64,000 nucleotides of DNA, taken from contig CACZYB010000003.1 in NCBI GenBank assembly GCA_902785275.1, positions 64,001-128,000 on the forward strand, read 5' to 3'. Positions 18,939 through 28,778 of the stretch are shown one piece after another. The DNA is from an uncultured Pseudomonadota bacterium (GTDB lineage Bacteria; Pseudomonadota; Alphaproteobacteria; Rs-D84; CACZYB01). A program made the position numbers and the translations under genes. Within the stretch, counting starts at the first letter, position 1, and each line of letters begins with the position of its first letter. Under the pieces are notes generated by a model, which ran no database searches, had not been told where the DNA came from, and worked only from the letters and a program-made list of their open reading frames with translations.

Positions 18939-19193
18939 CTTTATCTCCTTTGTAGTTTTAGAATAATATTACATTGACATAATAGCACATTTTTTACATC
19001 TTTGCAAACAAAAAATCATGTTTTAGATAGGAAAATCTCTTTTTTTATGGGAATTATTTTTGGGAAATTATGCTTTTGTAGGTACCATGGCGGTGAAGCC
19101 ATCTACTTTTTACCATATAACGCCGAGAAATCAGCCAAGAATAACGTATAGTAAACTGAGCAGATAAATAGATATTTCAATGATTTAATGAAG

Positions 19194-19281
19194 TGGCGGA
19201 GGGTACAGGACTCGAACCTGTGGACCAGTATTACCGGTCACGGATTAGCAATCCGCTGCATTACCGCTCTGCCAACCCTCC
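19194..19281 (-). tRNA. tRNA-Ser (anticodon GCT)
   Basis: Minus strand GGAGGGTTGGCAGAGCGGTAATGCAGCGGATT-GCT-AATCCGT, long variable arm GACCGGTAATACTGGTC, T-arm CACAGGTTCGAGTCCTGT, acceptor ACCCTCC-G-CCA. Confidence 0.97.
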
Positions 19282-19337
19282 AAAAGGATAATAGATTTAT
19301 ACATTAACTTTATCCTAATTTCAAGGAAAAAAGTTTA

Positions 19338-20846
19338 TTATTTTCGTTTTTGCACTTTGGGATTGCTTTCTTGAGTGCTTAGCAATAATGCCTTTAGGTT
19401 ATCGATTGGGATGAAAAGCATTTGTGGGCGATAGGCGATTTCGTAATTAATTTCGTAAAGGTTACGGCGGAAAATTTCAATTTCAAGCCAATCTTTATCT
19501 ATATCAACTTCGGATAAAAATGCGTCGGATAAATTTTTTATAACCGGTTTTATAGTAGAATTGGCCCACAAAAGTTTTTCATTATTTATTGTACCATTTT
19601 CATCTGTGGCAAAGCGTTTTGTTACCACGACTGGCAAATAACCACTTATGGAACGGTACATTCCTGCAATGTCGTACATATAGGAGCGTTTTTCCTTTCG
19701 GGCAGAAAAATCAAGATTTGGTTCACCGGAAAAATCGATAAACTTGATTGCGCCGGATTTTGACTCTATGGCTTGACCAAGGTGGAAATCCCCGTGAACA
19801 CGCATCAAAAGACCCCTATCCTTTCGATTGGAAATTTTATTAAACTTTTCATTCAAAAACTTTGATATATACTTTTCCCAATTTTGAAGAATTTCTTGGA
19901 TATTCAAAGCCATATCAGAGGAAAGCTTGTTTATATTATTTTTGATATTATCCTTTGTTTCCAACATAAGTTTTTTTAACTCACTTTTATATTCGCGGAT
20001 ATAGGACAAAGTTACTGGCTTTGATATCAAACTTTTATCCCCAGAAAATGATGAAAGGCAAGATATAAGCTTTTCCGTTTCGTGACCGACAAGATGCATA
20101 AGCTCCGAAAGTTTTTTATATTTCGGAAGGGTTATAATATCCGATTGGGAAGAAAATGCTTCAGATAAGATAGAAAGCAATTTTTCACGGGAAAGTTCCC
20201 ATAAATCGCCATTATTTGGAACAAATTCCTGTATAATACCGACAAAAGCACTTTCACCTGTGGTATTGATAAGTGAAAGGTGTCCATAGGTTTTTGGGAC
20301 AACCCTGCACCCTGTTTTCATAAGGTTATAGTTCATTTCGACTTCGGGATTTGCATCCTTTGTAAACTCTATCATACGTTGCTGTTTAAACGCAAAAATG
20401 TTATCACCCACTATGATTGTAGAATTACTTTGTTCGGCATTAAGAGGTTTTGAAATATCATCTATATGCTTTGTTATAAAATCAAAACCATCCCATGATT
20501 GATATATCAATTTAAAACCATTGGAAAAAACGAAACCTTTATCCAATGCAATCTCAGTCATCAACGAAGACCAATAACTTTTGGATTTTAGTGCGTCATA
20601 ATATTCGTGACCTTTGTATTTCAAAGGGACTTCGTTTTCTATTTTTTCCGAAGTTAAGGGCATTATAAAATATTGAGGCAAGGCATTTTTTATGATGGCT
20701 TTACCTATGATAAAAAACTTTTTTTCATTATCAAAAGATTTTGCCTCAAGAACTATATCCTCTATTAAATCAGAGCTGATTTCATTTTTGAAACTACACC
20801 AACGTTTATCATAAATGTAATCGAGTAAGATTTTATTTTTGTTCAA
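19338..20846 (-). CDS. Maltokinase (Mak/Pep2 family, stand-alone)
   Basis: AEQSNS, NPEVE, FVPNNGDLW, RVHGDFHLGQ, IDFSGEP, DIAGMYRS, YEINYEIAYRP. TTG start after AAGGGAAG. Confidence 0.85.
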   Translation of the reverse strand: MNKNKILLDYIYDKRWCSFKNEISSDLIEDIVLEAKSFDNEKKFFIIGKAIIKNALPQYFIMPLTSEKIENEVPLKYKGHEYYDALKSKSYWSSLMTEIALDKGFVFSNGFKLIYQSWDGFDFITKHIDDISKPLNAEQSNSTIIVGDNIFAFKQQRMIEFTKDANPEVEMNYNLMKTGCRVVPKTYGHLSLINTTGESAFVGIIQEFVPNNGDLWELSREKLLSILSEAFSSQSDIITLPKYKKLSELMHLVGHETEKLISCLSSFSGDKSLISKPVTLSYIREYKSELKKLMLETKDNIKNNINKLSSDMALNIQEILQNWEKYISKFLNEKFNKISNRKDRGLLMRVHGDFHLGQAIESKSGAIKFIDFSGEPNLDFSARKEKRSYMYDIAGMYRSISGYLPVVVTKRFATDENGTINNEKLLWANSTIKPVIKNLSDAFLSEVDIDKDWLEIEIFRRNLYEINYEIAYRPQMLFIPIDNLKALLLSTQESNPKVQKRK

Positions 20847-20916
20847 TTTAAACTTCCCTTATCTTTAAAATTGTGATAATATTGTATCATAAAAAGAGGG
20901 GGAAAAAAATAAAAAT

Positions 20917-23079
20917 ATGCCAAATTTATTGAGAAAATTATCTGAAATATATGGAATAACTTCTTTTTATATAGATAAAATGGGCGTAAAACATTTAACA
21001 AGTGATGTTTTAAGGAAAACTTTTCTTAAGTCTTTTGGTATAAAAAGTTTTACAGAAAAAGCTATTGAAAAAAAAGTAAAAGATTTTGATGATTTTCCTT
21101 GGCTTAACGGGTTCGAATATAATTATACTTTCTTTGATAATGAAAAGATTGAAATTACCCTTTATGTTAATAAAAATCTTATAGGAAAAAGGGCAAAGTT
21201 TACATTTATTAACGAAGTTGGAACAAAGTTTTTTACGACAAAAGCTTTGGATAAAAAATATATTGTAAAAACAAAAAATATTGATGGGGAAAGGTACTTT
21301 AAATTACTTCTTTCTTTTGGGAAAAAACTTACTCCAGATTATTATGATATAGTGGCAGAAGTTGGTGGTATTGAATATAAAACTTTTTTAATAATTGCAC
21401 CAAAAAGTTCCTTTCTTCCAACGGTAATTAAAAATAAAGAAAAAATTTTGGGGTTAAATGTTCAACTTTATGCAATACAATCAAAACAAAATATGGGGAT
21501 TGGTGATTTTTCTGATTTAAAAAGATTTATAACCTTAACCCATAAATATGGATGCGAATTTATTGGTGTAAATCCATTGGGTGTGATGTCTTCTATTCCA
21601 TCAAGAGATGTTTCTCCATACAGAGTTTTCAGCCGTGAATATATAAACTATATATATTTGGATTTAACCGAAGTTGATGACTTTAAAAAATCAAAAGATA
21701 TTCAAAAATATATCAAAACAAAAGAGTACAAAGATGAGCTTAAAAAAATAAAGTCATCTGATGTTATTAATTATAGGGCTGTGTTTGATTTCAAATTAAA
21801 ACTTTTGAAACTTATGTACGAACAATTTAAAAATTATGAAATCAGAAATAATACGGTAAGGGCAAGATATTTTCAAAAGTTTTTAAATAGCGAAGGTGAA
21901 AAGCTTGAAAACCTTTGTTTGTTTGAAGCGATTTTTGAAAAGCAAAAAAAGTATTGGAAAGATTGGGCAAATAACCTTTGGGATATTAATTCTGAAGATG
22001 TAAAAAAGTTTAAAAAAGCAAATATTGATAAAATAAAATTTTATGCGTATGCACACTGGCTTTCACATTTACAACTTTGCGAAGTAGAAAGCCTAACAAA
22101 AAAACTTAAAATGAAAATTGGGCTTTATTTGGATGTGCCGGTTGGAGCTGCATCTGATGGTGTTGAGGTATGGGAAAAAACTTCGGGATTTATGGATGAA
22201 ATTGATATTGGTACACCACCAGATACCATAAGACCAAAGGGGCAAACATGGGGACTTATCCCACCAAACCCAATTGAAATGAAAAAAAATCATTATGTCG
22301 ATTTCAGGAATCTTTTAAGAAAGAATATGCGATATGCAAATGCAATAAGGCTTGACCATTCGTTCAGTCTTATGCGACTTTTCTGTATTTCAAAAAAAAA
22401 TGGTGGCGCATATATAAACTATGATTTCAAGGATATGGTTGCGATACTTTGTCTTGAAAGTTACAAAAATAAATGCTTGGTCATTGGGGAAGATTTAGGT
22501 AATGTGCCAGACGGTTTTCCGGAAATGATGATAAAGCATAATATTCTTTCAAACAAAATTCTTTTCAGGCAAAAAGATGAAAATGGTAATTTCTTGGATA
22601 CGGGAAAATATCCGTACCTTTCACTTTGTCAGGTAAGTACTCATGATCAGGCGACAAGTTGTGGATACTGGATTGCAGAAGATATTGAAGTAAACAACAA
22701 ATGTCATCTTCTTCCAAAAAAGGAGCATTATATTGCGAACCTTAATGAAAGGGATGAGGAGCGAGAAGATTTCCTTCGCATACTTAAAAAAACAAAATCA
22801 TTTTACAAAAATAATGAAAAAAGTTTTGTTAAAAATGTTCATGGGCAGGAGGTTCCAAAGAATCTTGAATACTCTTTCAATATTTATGGAATGAAGACAA
22901 ATTGTGCGATATTTCTTATCAAAACAGCAGATGTTTTTGCTCAGGTTGAAATGGAAAATGTGCCTGGAACTGTGGATGAATATCCAAACTGGAGAATAAA
23001 GCTTCCAATACTTTTGGATGATATGGAAAGCGATGGAAGATTAAGAAAGTTTTTAAAGGAAATGAAAAAATACAGATGA
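20917..23079 (+). CDS. malQ: 4-alpha-glucanotransferase (amylomaltase, GH77)
   Basis: VQLY, GIGDFSDL, SPY, LYLDVPVG, GTPPD...GQTWG, RLDH, IGEDLG, STHD, NVPGTVDEYPNWR. Confidence 0.95.
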   Translation: MPNLLRKLSEIYGITSFYIDKMGVKHLTSDVLRKTFLKSFGIKSFTEKAIEKKVKDFDDFPWLNGFEYNYTFFDNEKIEITLYVNKNLIGKRAKFTFINEVGTKFFTTKALDKKYIVKTKNIDGERYFKLLLSFGKKLTPDYYDIVAEVGGIEYKTFLIIAPKSSFLPTVIKNKEKILGLNVQLYAIQSKQNMGIGDFSDLKRFITLTHKYGCEFIGVNPLGVMSSIPSRDVSPYRVFSREYINYIYLDLTEVDDFKKSKDIQKYIKTKEYKDELKKIKSSDVINYRAVFDFKLKLLKLMYEQFKNYEIRNNTVRARYFQKFLNSEGEKLENLCLFEAIFEKQKKYWKDWANNLWDINSEDVKKFKKANIDKIKFYAYAHWLSHLQLCEVESLTKKLKMKIGLYLDVPVGAASDGVEVWEKTSGFMDEIDIGTPPDTIRPKGQTWGLIPPNPIEMKKNHYVDFRNLLRKNMRYANAIRLDHSFSLMRLFCISKKNGGAYINYDFKDMVAILCLESYKNKCLVIGEDLGNVPDGFPEMMIKHNILSNKILFRQKDENGNFLDTGKYPYLSLCQVSTHDQATSCGYWIAEDIEVNNKCHLLPKKEHYIANLNERDEEREDFLRILKKTKSFYKNNEKSFVKNVHGQEVPKNLEYSFNIYGMKTNCAIFLIKTADVFAQVEMENVPGTVDEYPNWRIKLPILLDDMESDGRLRKFLKEMKKYR

Positions 23080-23110
23080 AAAAAGGGAGCGATAAGCCCC
23101 CTTTTCTTTT
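23079..23110. terminator. Bidirectional terminator between convergent malQ and msbA
   Basis: AAAAAGGGAGC-GATAA-GCCCCCTTTT imperfect hairpin with A and T tails. Confidence 0.65.
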
Positions 23111-24915
23111 TATTTAAGCTCTTCTTCTTTTTTTTGTTTGAACTGCATATTATAAAGTTTTGCATATTCACCATTTTTAGCAAGTAGGGTTTCATGATTA
23201 CCCTCTTCTATAATATGACCTTTCTCAATCACGTAAATCATATCTGCATTTTTGATTGTTGAAAGACGGTGTGCAATAACGATAGTTGTTCTGTTTTTCA
23301 TCAAATTATCAAGTGCAGTTTGTACTTCAAATTCTGACTCAGTATCAAGTGCAGAAGTCGCCTCATCAAGAAGAAGTATTGGAGCATTTTTGATAATAGC
23401 ACGAGCAATAGAAATTCTTTGCTTTTGACCACCAGAAAGACGAACACCCTTTTCACCAATTTTTGTTTTATAACCATCACTCATAGCCATAATGAAATCA
23501 TAGGCATTTGCAGATTTAGAAGCCTTAATAATTTCTTCATCAGAAACAGTTTTACATTCTTTTTCACCCTTACCATATGCGATGTTATTTCTGATTGTAT
23601 CATCGAACAAAATAACCTCTTGGCTTACAAGTGAAGTATTTTCACGAAGAGAGCGTTGAGATAAGGTTCTTATATCTTTACCGTCGATTAAGATTTGTCC
23701 AGATGTTGGTTCAAAAAAACGAGGTATCAAATTAACGATAGTTGTTTTTCCACCACCACTTGCACCAACAAGAGCAACTGTTTTACCTGCTGGAATTGTC
23801 ATATTGATATTTTTCAATATTGGCTTGCCTGCTTCATATTCAAAACAAACATCCTTGAATTCAATATCACCTTTTACATTTGTTAAATCAATAGCATTAT
23901 CAATATCTTTGATTGCTGGTTTTGTATCAATTATGTCGTATACACGTTCTGCACTTACCATAGCAGTTTGAAGTTGTACACGGAAATTGATAAGAGATTT
24001 TAATGGTTTATACACAGAAACCCATGCACCCAAGAATGTCACAAAACCACCAGTTGTAAGACCTCCATTTGCAATTTGCATACCTCCGAAAACTATAATA
24101 CCAGATAAAATGAAACCTGATAAACCTTCGATAACAGGAGTTGCAACAGCAGTATTTTTTACAACGTTCATGGAAATATTGAACATATTATTAAGAATAT
24201 TTTTTATTCTTGATGCTTCGAATTTTTCCATACAGTAAGATTTTATTATCTTAACATTTTGTAATGACTCGGAAATCTGCGCAACGAATTCAGCACTTTG
24301 TTGTGTACTGCTGAACATTGCCTTTTTAACCTTACGATTGATTAATCCGATTGCAACGGCACCAATAGGGAAGAATAAGAAAATAACCAAACACATTTTC
24401 CATGAATAAAACATCATAAGTCCGAACATAGAAACGCATGTAATTAAATCTTTGAAGATGTGGGTAATGAAGTTAATCGCAATATTTGTGATTGCATTAC
24501 AATCATTTATAATACGAGAAAGCATTTGGCCACTGGAGTTTTTATTAAAATATCCCATATCAAGAGAGATAATATGTGAAAAAACTCTTTGTTGGATTGA
24601 TTGAACAGTCTTTGTACTTATGTGTGAAAGGATTAAAGTTTGTGAAAAATAAAACCAACCCTTTAGGAAATAAAGACCAATAACCTGTGCACAAAGAAGC
24701 ATTAACATCTTGTTATCACCATCAATAAAACCATTATCAAATATAGGTTTCAAAAGGGAAACAGAATATGCTTCGGTAAGAGCTGTAAGTGAAGTAATAG
24801 CCATTGCACCAATCAATGCCCAGATATATTTCTTTGTATGGTCACGCCAAATACGTTTCAATATTCCAACGTTAAGACCTGAAACCTTTTCTTTTTTATT
24901 CTTCTTTTTAAACAT
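23110..24915 (-). CDS. msbA: ABC transporter ATP-binding/permease, MsbA-like lipid A flippase
   Basis: Six-helix TMD plus NBD (GASGGGKT, LSGGQKQR, LLLDEATSALD, IAHRLST). Start moved to ATG 24915 just after the ftsH stop. lpxK in the window shows LPS is made. Confidence 0.8.
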   Translation of the reverse strand: MFKKKNKKEKVSGLNVGILKRIWRDHTKKYIWALIGAMAITSLTALTEAYSVSLLKPIFDNGFIDGDNKMLMLLCAQVIGLYFLKGWFYFSQTLILSHISTKTVQSIQQRVFSHIISLDMGYFNKNSSGQMLSRIINDCNAITNIAINFITHIFKDLITCVSMFGLMMFYSWKMCLVIFLFFPIGAVAIGLINRKVKKAMFSSTQQSAEFVAQISESLQNVKIIKSYCMEKFEASRIKNILNNMFNISMNVVKNTAVATPVIEGLSGFILSGIIVFGGMQIANGGLTTGGFVTFLGAWVSVYKPLKSLINFRVQLQTAMVSAERVYDIIDTKPAIKDIDNAIDLTNVKGDIEFKDVCFEYEAGKPILKNINMTIPAGKTVALVGASGGGKTTIVNLIPRFFEPTSGQILIDGKDIRTLSQRSLRENTSLVSQEVILFDDTIRNNIAYGKGEKECKTVSDEEIIKASKSANAYDFIMAMSDGYKTKIGEKGVRLSGGQKQRISIARAIIKNAPILLLDEATSALDTESEFEVQTALDNLMKNRTTIVIAHRLSTIKNADMIYVIEKGHIIEEGNHETLLAKNGEYAKLYNMQFKQKKEEELK

Positions 24916-24916
24916 A

Positions 24917-26833
24917 TTAAACCTTCTTTTTTGTTTCTTTGATTTCTTTTGTTTCATTTACTTCTGTTTTAACAGATTTTTTATCAGTTAAAGGAACAGA
25001 AGATATCCTTTTGAATTCGTTTACCTTTTTGATATCTTTCTTTTGAATAGAAATTTTTTTACCGTTAACTATTGCACGAACTTCGTCACCAGTTAGTGTT
25101 TCATATTCAAGTAAAGCCTTAGCCAACTTTTCAAGTTTTGCCTTATTCTTTGTAATAGTTGACTTTGCAAGTTTATAACCTTCATCAAGCATACGTTTTA
25201 CTTCTTCATCAATTTCACGAGAAGTTTGTTCAGAGAACTTATAATGTTCATCTTCGCCATAAAATACAGGGCCGATTTTATCACTTAATCCCCATCTTAT
25301 AACAGCATTTCTCGCATACTTGGTTGCCATTTCTATATCTGCACTGGCACCTGTTGTAACCTTTGCTTTACCAAAGAAAAGCTCCTCGGAAATACGGCCA
25401 GCCATAGCAACAGCAATATCTGACTTTATCTCTGTTATATTAACGCTAACCTTATCACGTTCAGGAAGTTTTTGAACAAGACCCAATGATCTTCCTCTTG
25501 GGATAATTGTTGCCTTGTGTATTGGATCAACTTCTGGAAGAAGTACAGCACAAAGTGCATGACCTGCTTCGTGATATGCAGTATTTTTAATTTCATCAGG
25601 TGACATAGTTTTTGATTTTTTCTCGGCACCCATCAAAATCTTATCACGAGCGTATTCAAAATCATTTTCTGTAATTTGCTTTCTATTGTTACGAGCAGCA
25701 ATCAAAGCAGCTTCGTTTACCAAGTTTGCCAAGTCAGCACCACTGAACCCTGGAGTTCCACGAGCAACATTTATTGCCTGAACATCGGAAAGAATATTTA
25801 CTTCTTTCATATATTTTGAAAGTATTGCTTCACGACCCTTTAAATCAGGAAGATCGATATAAACCTGTCTATCAAATCTACCTGGACGAAGAAGAGCGTT
25901 ATCCAAAACATCAACACGGTTTGTTGCGGCAATAACAATAACACCCTTGTTGATTGCAAAACCATCCATTTCAACAAGAAGTTGGTTTAAAGTTTGCTCT
26001 CTTTCGTCATTACCACCACCGTATCCAGAACCACGATGACGACCAACAGCATCAATTTCATCGATAAATACTAAGCATGGTGCATTTTTTGTTGCCTGTT
26101 CGAAAAGGGATCGAACACGACTTGCACCAACACCAACGAACATTTCAACAAATTCAGAACCAGATGTTGAAAAGAATGGAACACCAGCTTCACCAGCAAT
26201 AGCTTTTGCAAGCAATGTTTTACCTGTTCCAGGAGGACCAACAAGTAAAACACCCTTTGGAATTTTTGCACCTAAGCGAGAATATTTTTTTGGATCACGC
26301 AAAAAGTCTACAATTTCAGCAACATCTTGTTTCGCCTCATCAACACCAAGAACATCGGAAAAGCGAACCTTTTGCATATCTGGAGTAAACATTTTTATAT
26401 TTGTTTTGCCAATACCAAATTTATCGCCCTTCATACTTTTGAAAAGCATAACAAGGATAACAATCCATAGAAGCGAGCTGAACACATCGATAAGTTTCAT
26501 AAAATTGAACCCCTTTGATACAGGTTCAAGCTTTACCTCTGTTGGGATTTTATTTTCTTCTAATGTTTCAAGAAGCTTTGGATAAAGGACAACTTGTGAA
26601 GTAAAAGTCTTTGAAATATCGTTCTTTTTTGATGGTTTAAGTTTGCCCTCTATCAAATCCCCCTTAATTACAACGGATTCAATTTTTTTATCCTTTACAT
26701 TTTGAAGGAATTCCGAAAAAATCATTGAATTTTCAGGAGTTTTTGATGTTTTTTTTGATGTTCCGTCTGAAATTACGGAAAAAATCAATACCAATAACAC
26801 TACAAAATACCAATTTTTCCAGTTTTTAAACAT
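24917..26833 (-). CDS. ftsH: ATP-dependent zinc metalloprotease FtsH
   Basis: Two N-terminal TMs, [18 protein letters not shown], second region of homology [15 protein letters not shown]. Downstream of tilS. Confidence 0.98.
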   Translation of the reverse strand: MFKNWKNWYFVVLLVLIFSVISDGTSKKTSKTPENSMIFSEFLQNVKDKKIESVVIKGDLIEGKLKPSKKNDISKTFTSQVVLYPKLLETLEENKIPTEVKLEPVSKGFNFMKLIDVFSSLLWIVILVMLFKSMKGDKFGIGKTNIKMFTPDMQKVRFSDVLGVDEAKQDVAEIVDFLRDPKKYSRLGAKIPKGVLLVGPPGTGKTLLAKAIAGEAGVPFFSTSGSEFVEMFVGVGASRVRSLFEQATKNAPCLVFIDEIDAVGRHRGSGYGGGNDEREQTLNQLLVEMDGFAINKGVIVIAATNRVDVLDNALLRPGRFDRQVYIDLPDLKGREAILSKYMKEVNILSDVQAINVARGTPGFSGADLANLVNEAALIAARNNRKQITENDFEYARDKILMGAEKKSKTMSPDEIKNTAYHEAGHALCAVLLPEVDPIHKATIIPRGRSLGLVQKLPERDKVSVNITEIKSDIAVAMAGRISEELFFGKAKVTTGASADIEMATKYARNAVIRWGLSDKIGPVFYGEDEHYKFSEQTSREIDEEVKRMLDEGYKLAKSTITKNKAKLEKLAKALLEYETLTGDEVRAIVNGKKISIQKKDIKKVNEFKRISSVPLTDKKSVKTEVNETKEIKETKKKV

Positions 26834-26886
26834 TTTGATAATCCTTTTTATCTAAATTACTAATAGGTAGAGTTTAAACTATAAAT

Positions 26887-27888
26887 TTACATTTTACCAG
26901 CAGTTTTTTTGCCTCTGCCAATTTCTGGCATCATAATTATATTTCCCGCTTTATCAAATGAAATCTTTAGTTTCGAAAGGGTAATACCTTTATTCAATGT
27001 TGAATTTTTTATCCTGTTATACAAATTTTCAAGACTTTCAAATCGAGGTGGATATTCCGAATTTGAAAAATCCTTTATCAATTTTGCAAGTGCACGAAGA
27101 ACAACCTCCTGTGGGTAATATAAAAGTTCTTCTTTATCAATAATAAGCTTTAAATTCTTTGAAATTATAGACTTTTTTAAACACTCGTTAACAAAGAATT
27201 CGATACTATTACGGACACGCTCCATATTTTTCATTGTATCAACTAAACGTTCATTGGAAAGACCAAGTGTATCAATTAATTCCTTTAAATTACGAATCCT
27301 TACACGCTTATATTTTGTATCTAAATTACTTGGATCTTCAATCCAGCTTTGGGAAATAGAGTTAAGATATTCCTTTATTTCCGACTTTGTAAATTTAAGC
27401 ATAGGACGAACAATCTTTACACCCAAACGTTCAGAAATTTCTGGCATTCCACAAAGTCCATAGACACCACTTCCACGGGCAAGATTAAGGAAAAATGTTT
27501 CACGTTGTTCGTCTTGGTTATGTGCGATAAAAAGATGAGTGATTGAATTTTTTTTCATATAATTGGTTAGTAATTCATAGCGATATTCACGTGCAACTGC
27601 TTCGATATTTGAAGTTGGAATCACCCCATCATAAGTTAAGGTAATATGTTTTATACCATACTTTTCGCACCAGTTATGTACTGTTTCTGCTTCAAGCTTT
27701 GCTTCTGGTCTAAGGTTATGGTCAACAGTTATTGCAGTAATATCAACACTATTTTCTTTTGCCCAATTATTTGCAAGAAGTGTAAGAGACATACTGTCAG
27801 AACCACCAGAAACAGCAACGGCTATACTTTTTGGTTTTTGTTGGAGGATGGAATCCAAATTATTATTAAAAGCTTCTTGTCTAATCAT
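26887..27888 (-). CDS. tilS: tRNA(Ile)-lysidine synthetase
   Basis: AVSGGSDS, TVDHNLR, AREYRY, AHNQDEQRET, RGSG, RPML, EDPSN. Confidence 0.96.
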   Translation of the reverse strand: MIRQEAFNNNLDSILQQKPKSIAVAVSGGSDSMSLTLLANNWAKENSVDITAITVDHNLRPEAKLEAETVHNWCEKYGIKHITLTYDGVIPTSNIEAVAREYRYELLTNYMKKNSITHLFIAHNQDEQRETFFLNLARGSGVYGLCGMPEISERLGVKIVRPMLKFTKSEIKEYLNSISQSWIEDPSNLDTKYKRVRIRNLKELIDTLGLSNERLVDTMKNMERVRNSIEFFVNECLKKSIISKNLKLIIDKEELLYYPQEVVLRALAKLIKDFSNSEYPPRFESLENLYNRIKNSTLNKGITLSKLKISFDKAGNIIMMPEIGRGKKTAGKM

Positions 27889-27912
27889 ACTTTATATATA
27901 GGTAAAAATGAG

Positions 27913-28728
27913 CTATATGTCAACCTTTTGAATAACAATATTTTCATCATCAAATATTGTTTTTGCCTGTTCTATATATGATGCATTTATGTCGGTAACT
28001 TCAAATAAATATTTTGAATCCTTTGATAAATCCTTTTCAATTTCCGGATGACGAGATAGATAATTTTTAAGGGAGTTTGGAATAAACTCATCCTGTGAAA
28101 TTATATCAATCTTTCGACCCAAAATCTTTTGTGCAGATTTTGCGATTTGATTTTTATAATGAGGATAATGGGTGCAACCCAAAATAATTGCTTCTATATC
28201 CTTATCAATAAATTTTTTTACATAAGAATCTATGATTGGTTCTGCAAATTCGTCAGCATTATTTTCAACCAATGGGACAAGAAGTGGTGCAGGATAAGAA
28301 TATAATTTTATTTCTGGTTTAAGTTTTCTTAATTCAATACCATAGACATCTGAATTCACAGTTCCCTGTGTTGCAAGAAGACCAACAGAATTATATTTTT
28401 TTGCGATAACTTCTTCTACGGTTGGGATTACAACACCTAAGATACGTCTATCTGGATAATTTTCTTTAAGATATGTTTGCTGTAATGTACGCAATGTTGC
28501 AAACGTTGCAGTATTGCATGCAATTATAATTAATTTACAATCTCTTTTTTCAAATAAATATTCAATGCAATTTTTTGTGAATTCGTAAATTGCGTCTTTT
28601 GATCTGGAACCATAAGGCACATGCAAAGTATCACCAAGGTAACAAAAATTATACTCTGGCATTAAAGATATTAATGACTTTGTTATCAAAAGGCCACCAA
28701 GACCACTGTCAAATGTTCCGATATTCAT
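27913..28728 (-). CDS. murI: Glutamate racemase
   Basis: FDSGLGGL, PYGSRS, IACNTA, LGCTHYP. Confidence 0.96.
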   Translation of the reverse strand: MNIGTFDSGLGGLLITKSLISLMPEYNFCYLGDTLHVPYGSRSKDAIYEFTKNCIEYLFEKRDCKLIIIACNTATFATLRTLQQTYLKENYPDRRILGVVIPTVEEVIAKKYNSVGLLATQGTVNSDVYGIELRKLKPEIKLYSYPAPLLVPLVENNADEFAEPIIDSYVKKFIDKDIEAIILGCTHYPHYKNQIAKSAQKILGRKIDIISQDEFIPNSLKNYLSRHPEIEKDLSKDSKYLFEVTDINASYIEQAKTIFDDENIVIQKVDI

Positions 28729-28749
28729 TTGAAAATTCCGTAAGGTTTG

Positions 28750-28776
28750 AAAGGGGGAATTTAATCCCCCTTTTTT
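28750..28776. terminator. Intrinsic terminator hairpin after pnp
   Basis: AAAGGGGGA-ATTTAA-TCCCCCTTT. Confidence 0.7.
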
Positions 28777-28778
28777 AA

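Noticed and set aside
19088-19094. TGGCGG match to the tRNA-Ser 3' end as a possible attL/attR duplication
   Set aside because: Only about 6 nt are identical, which is too short to distinguish from chance.
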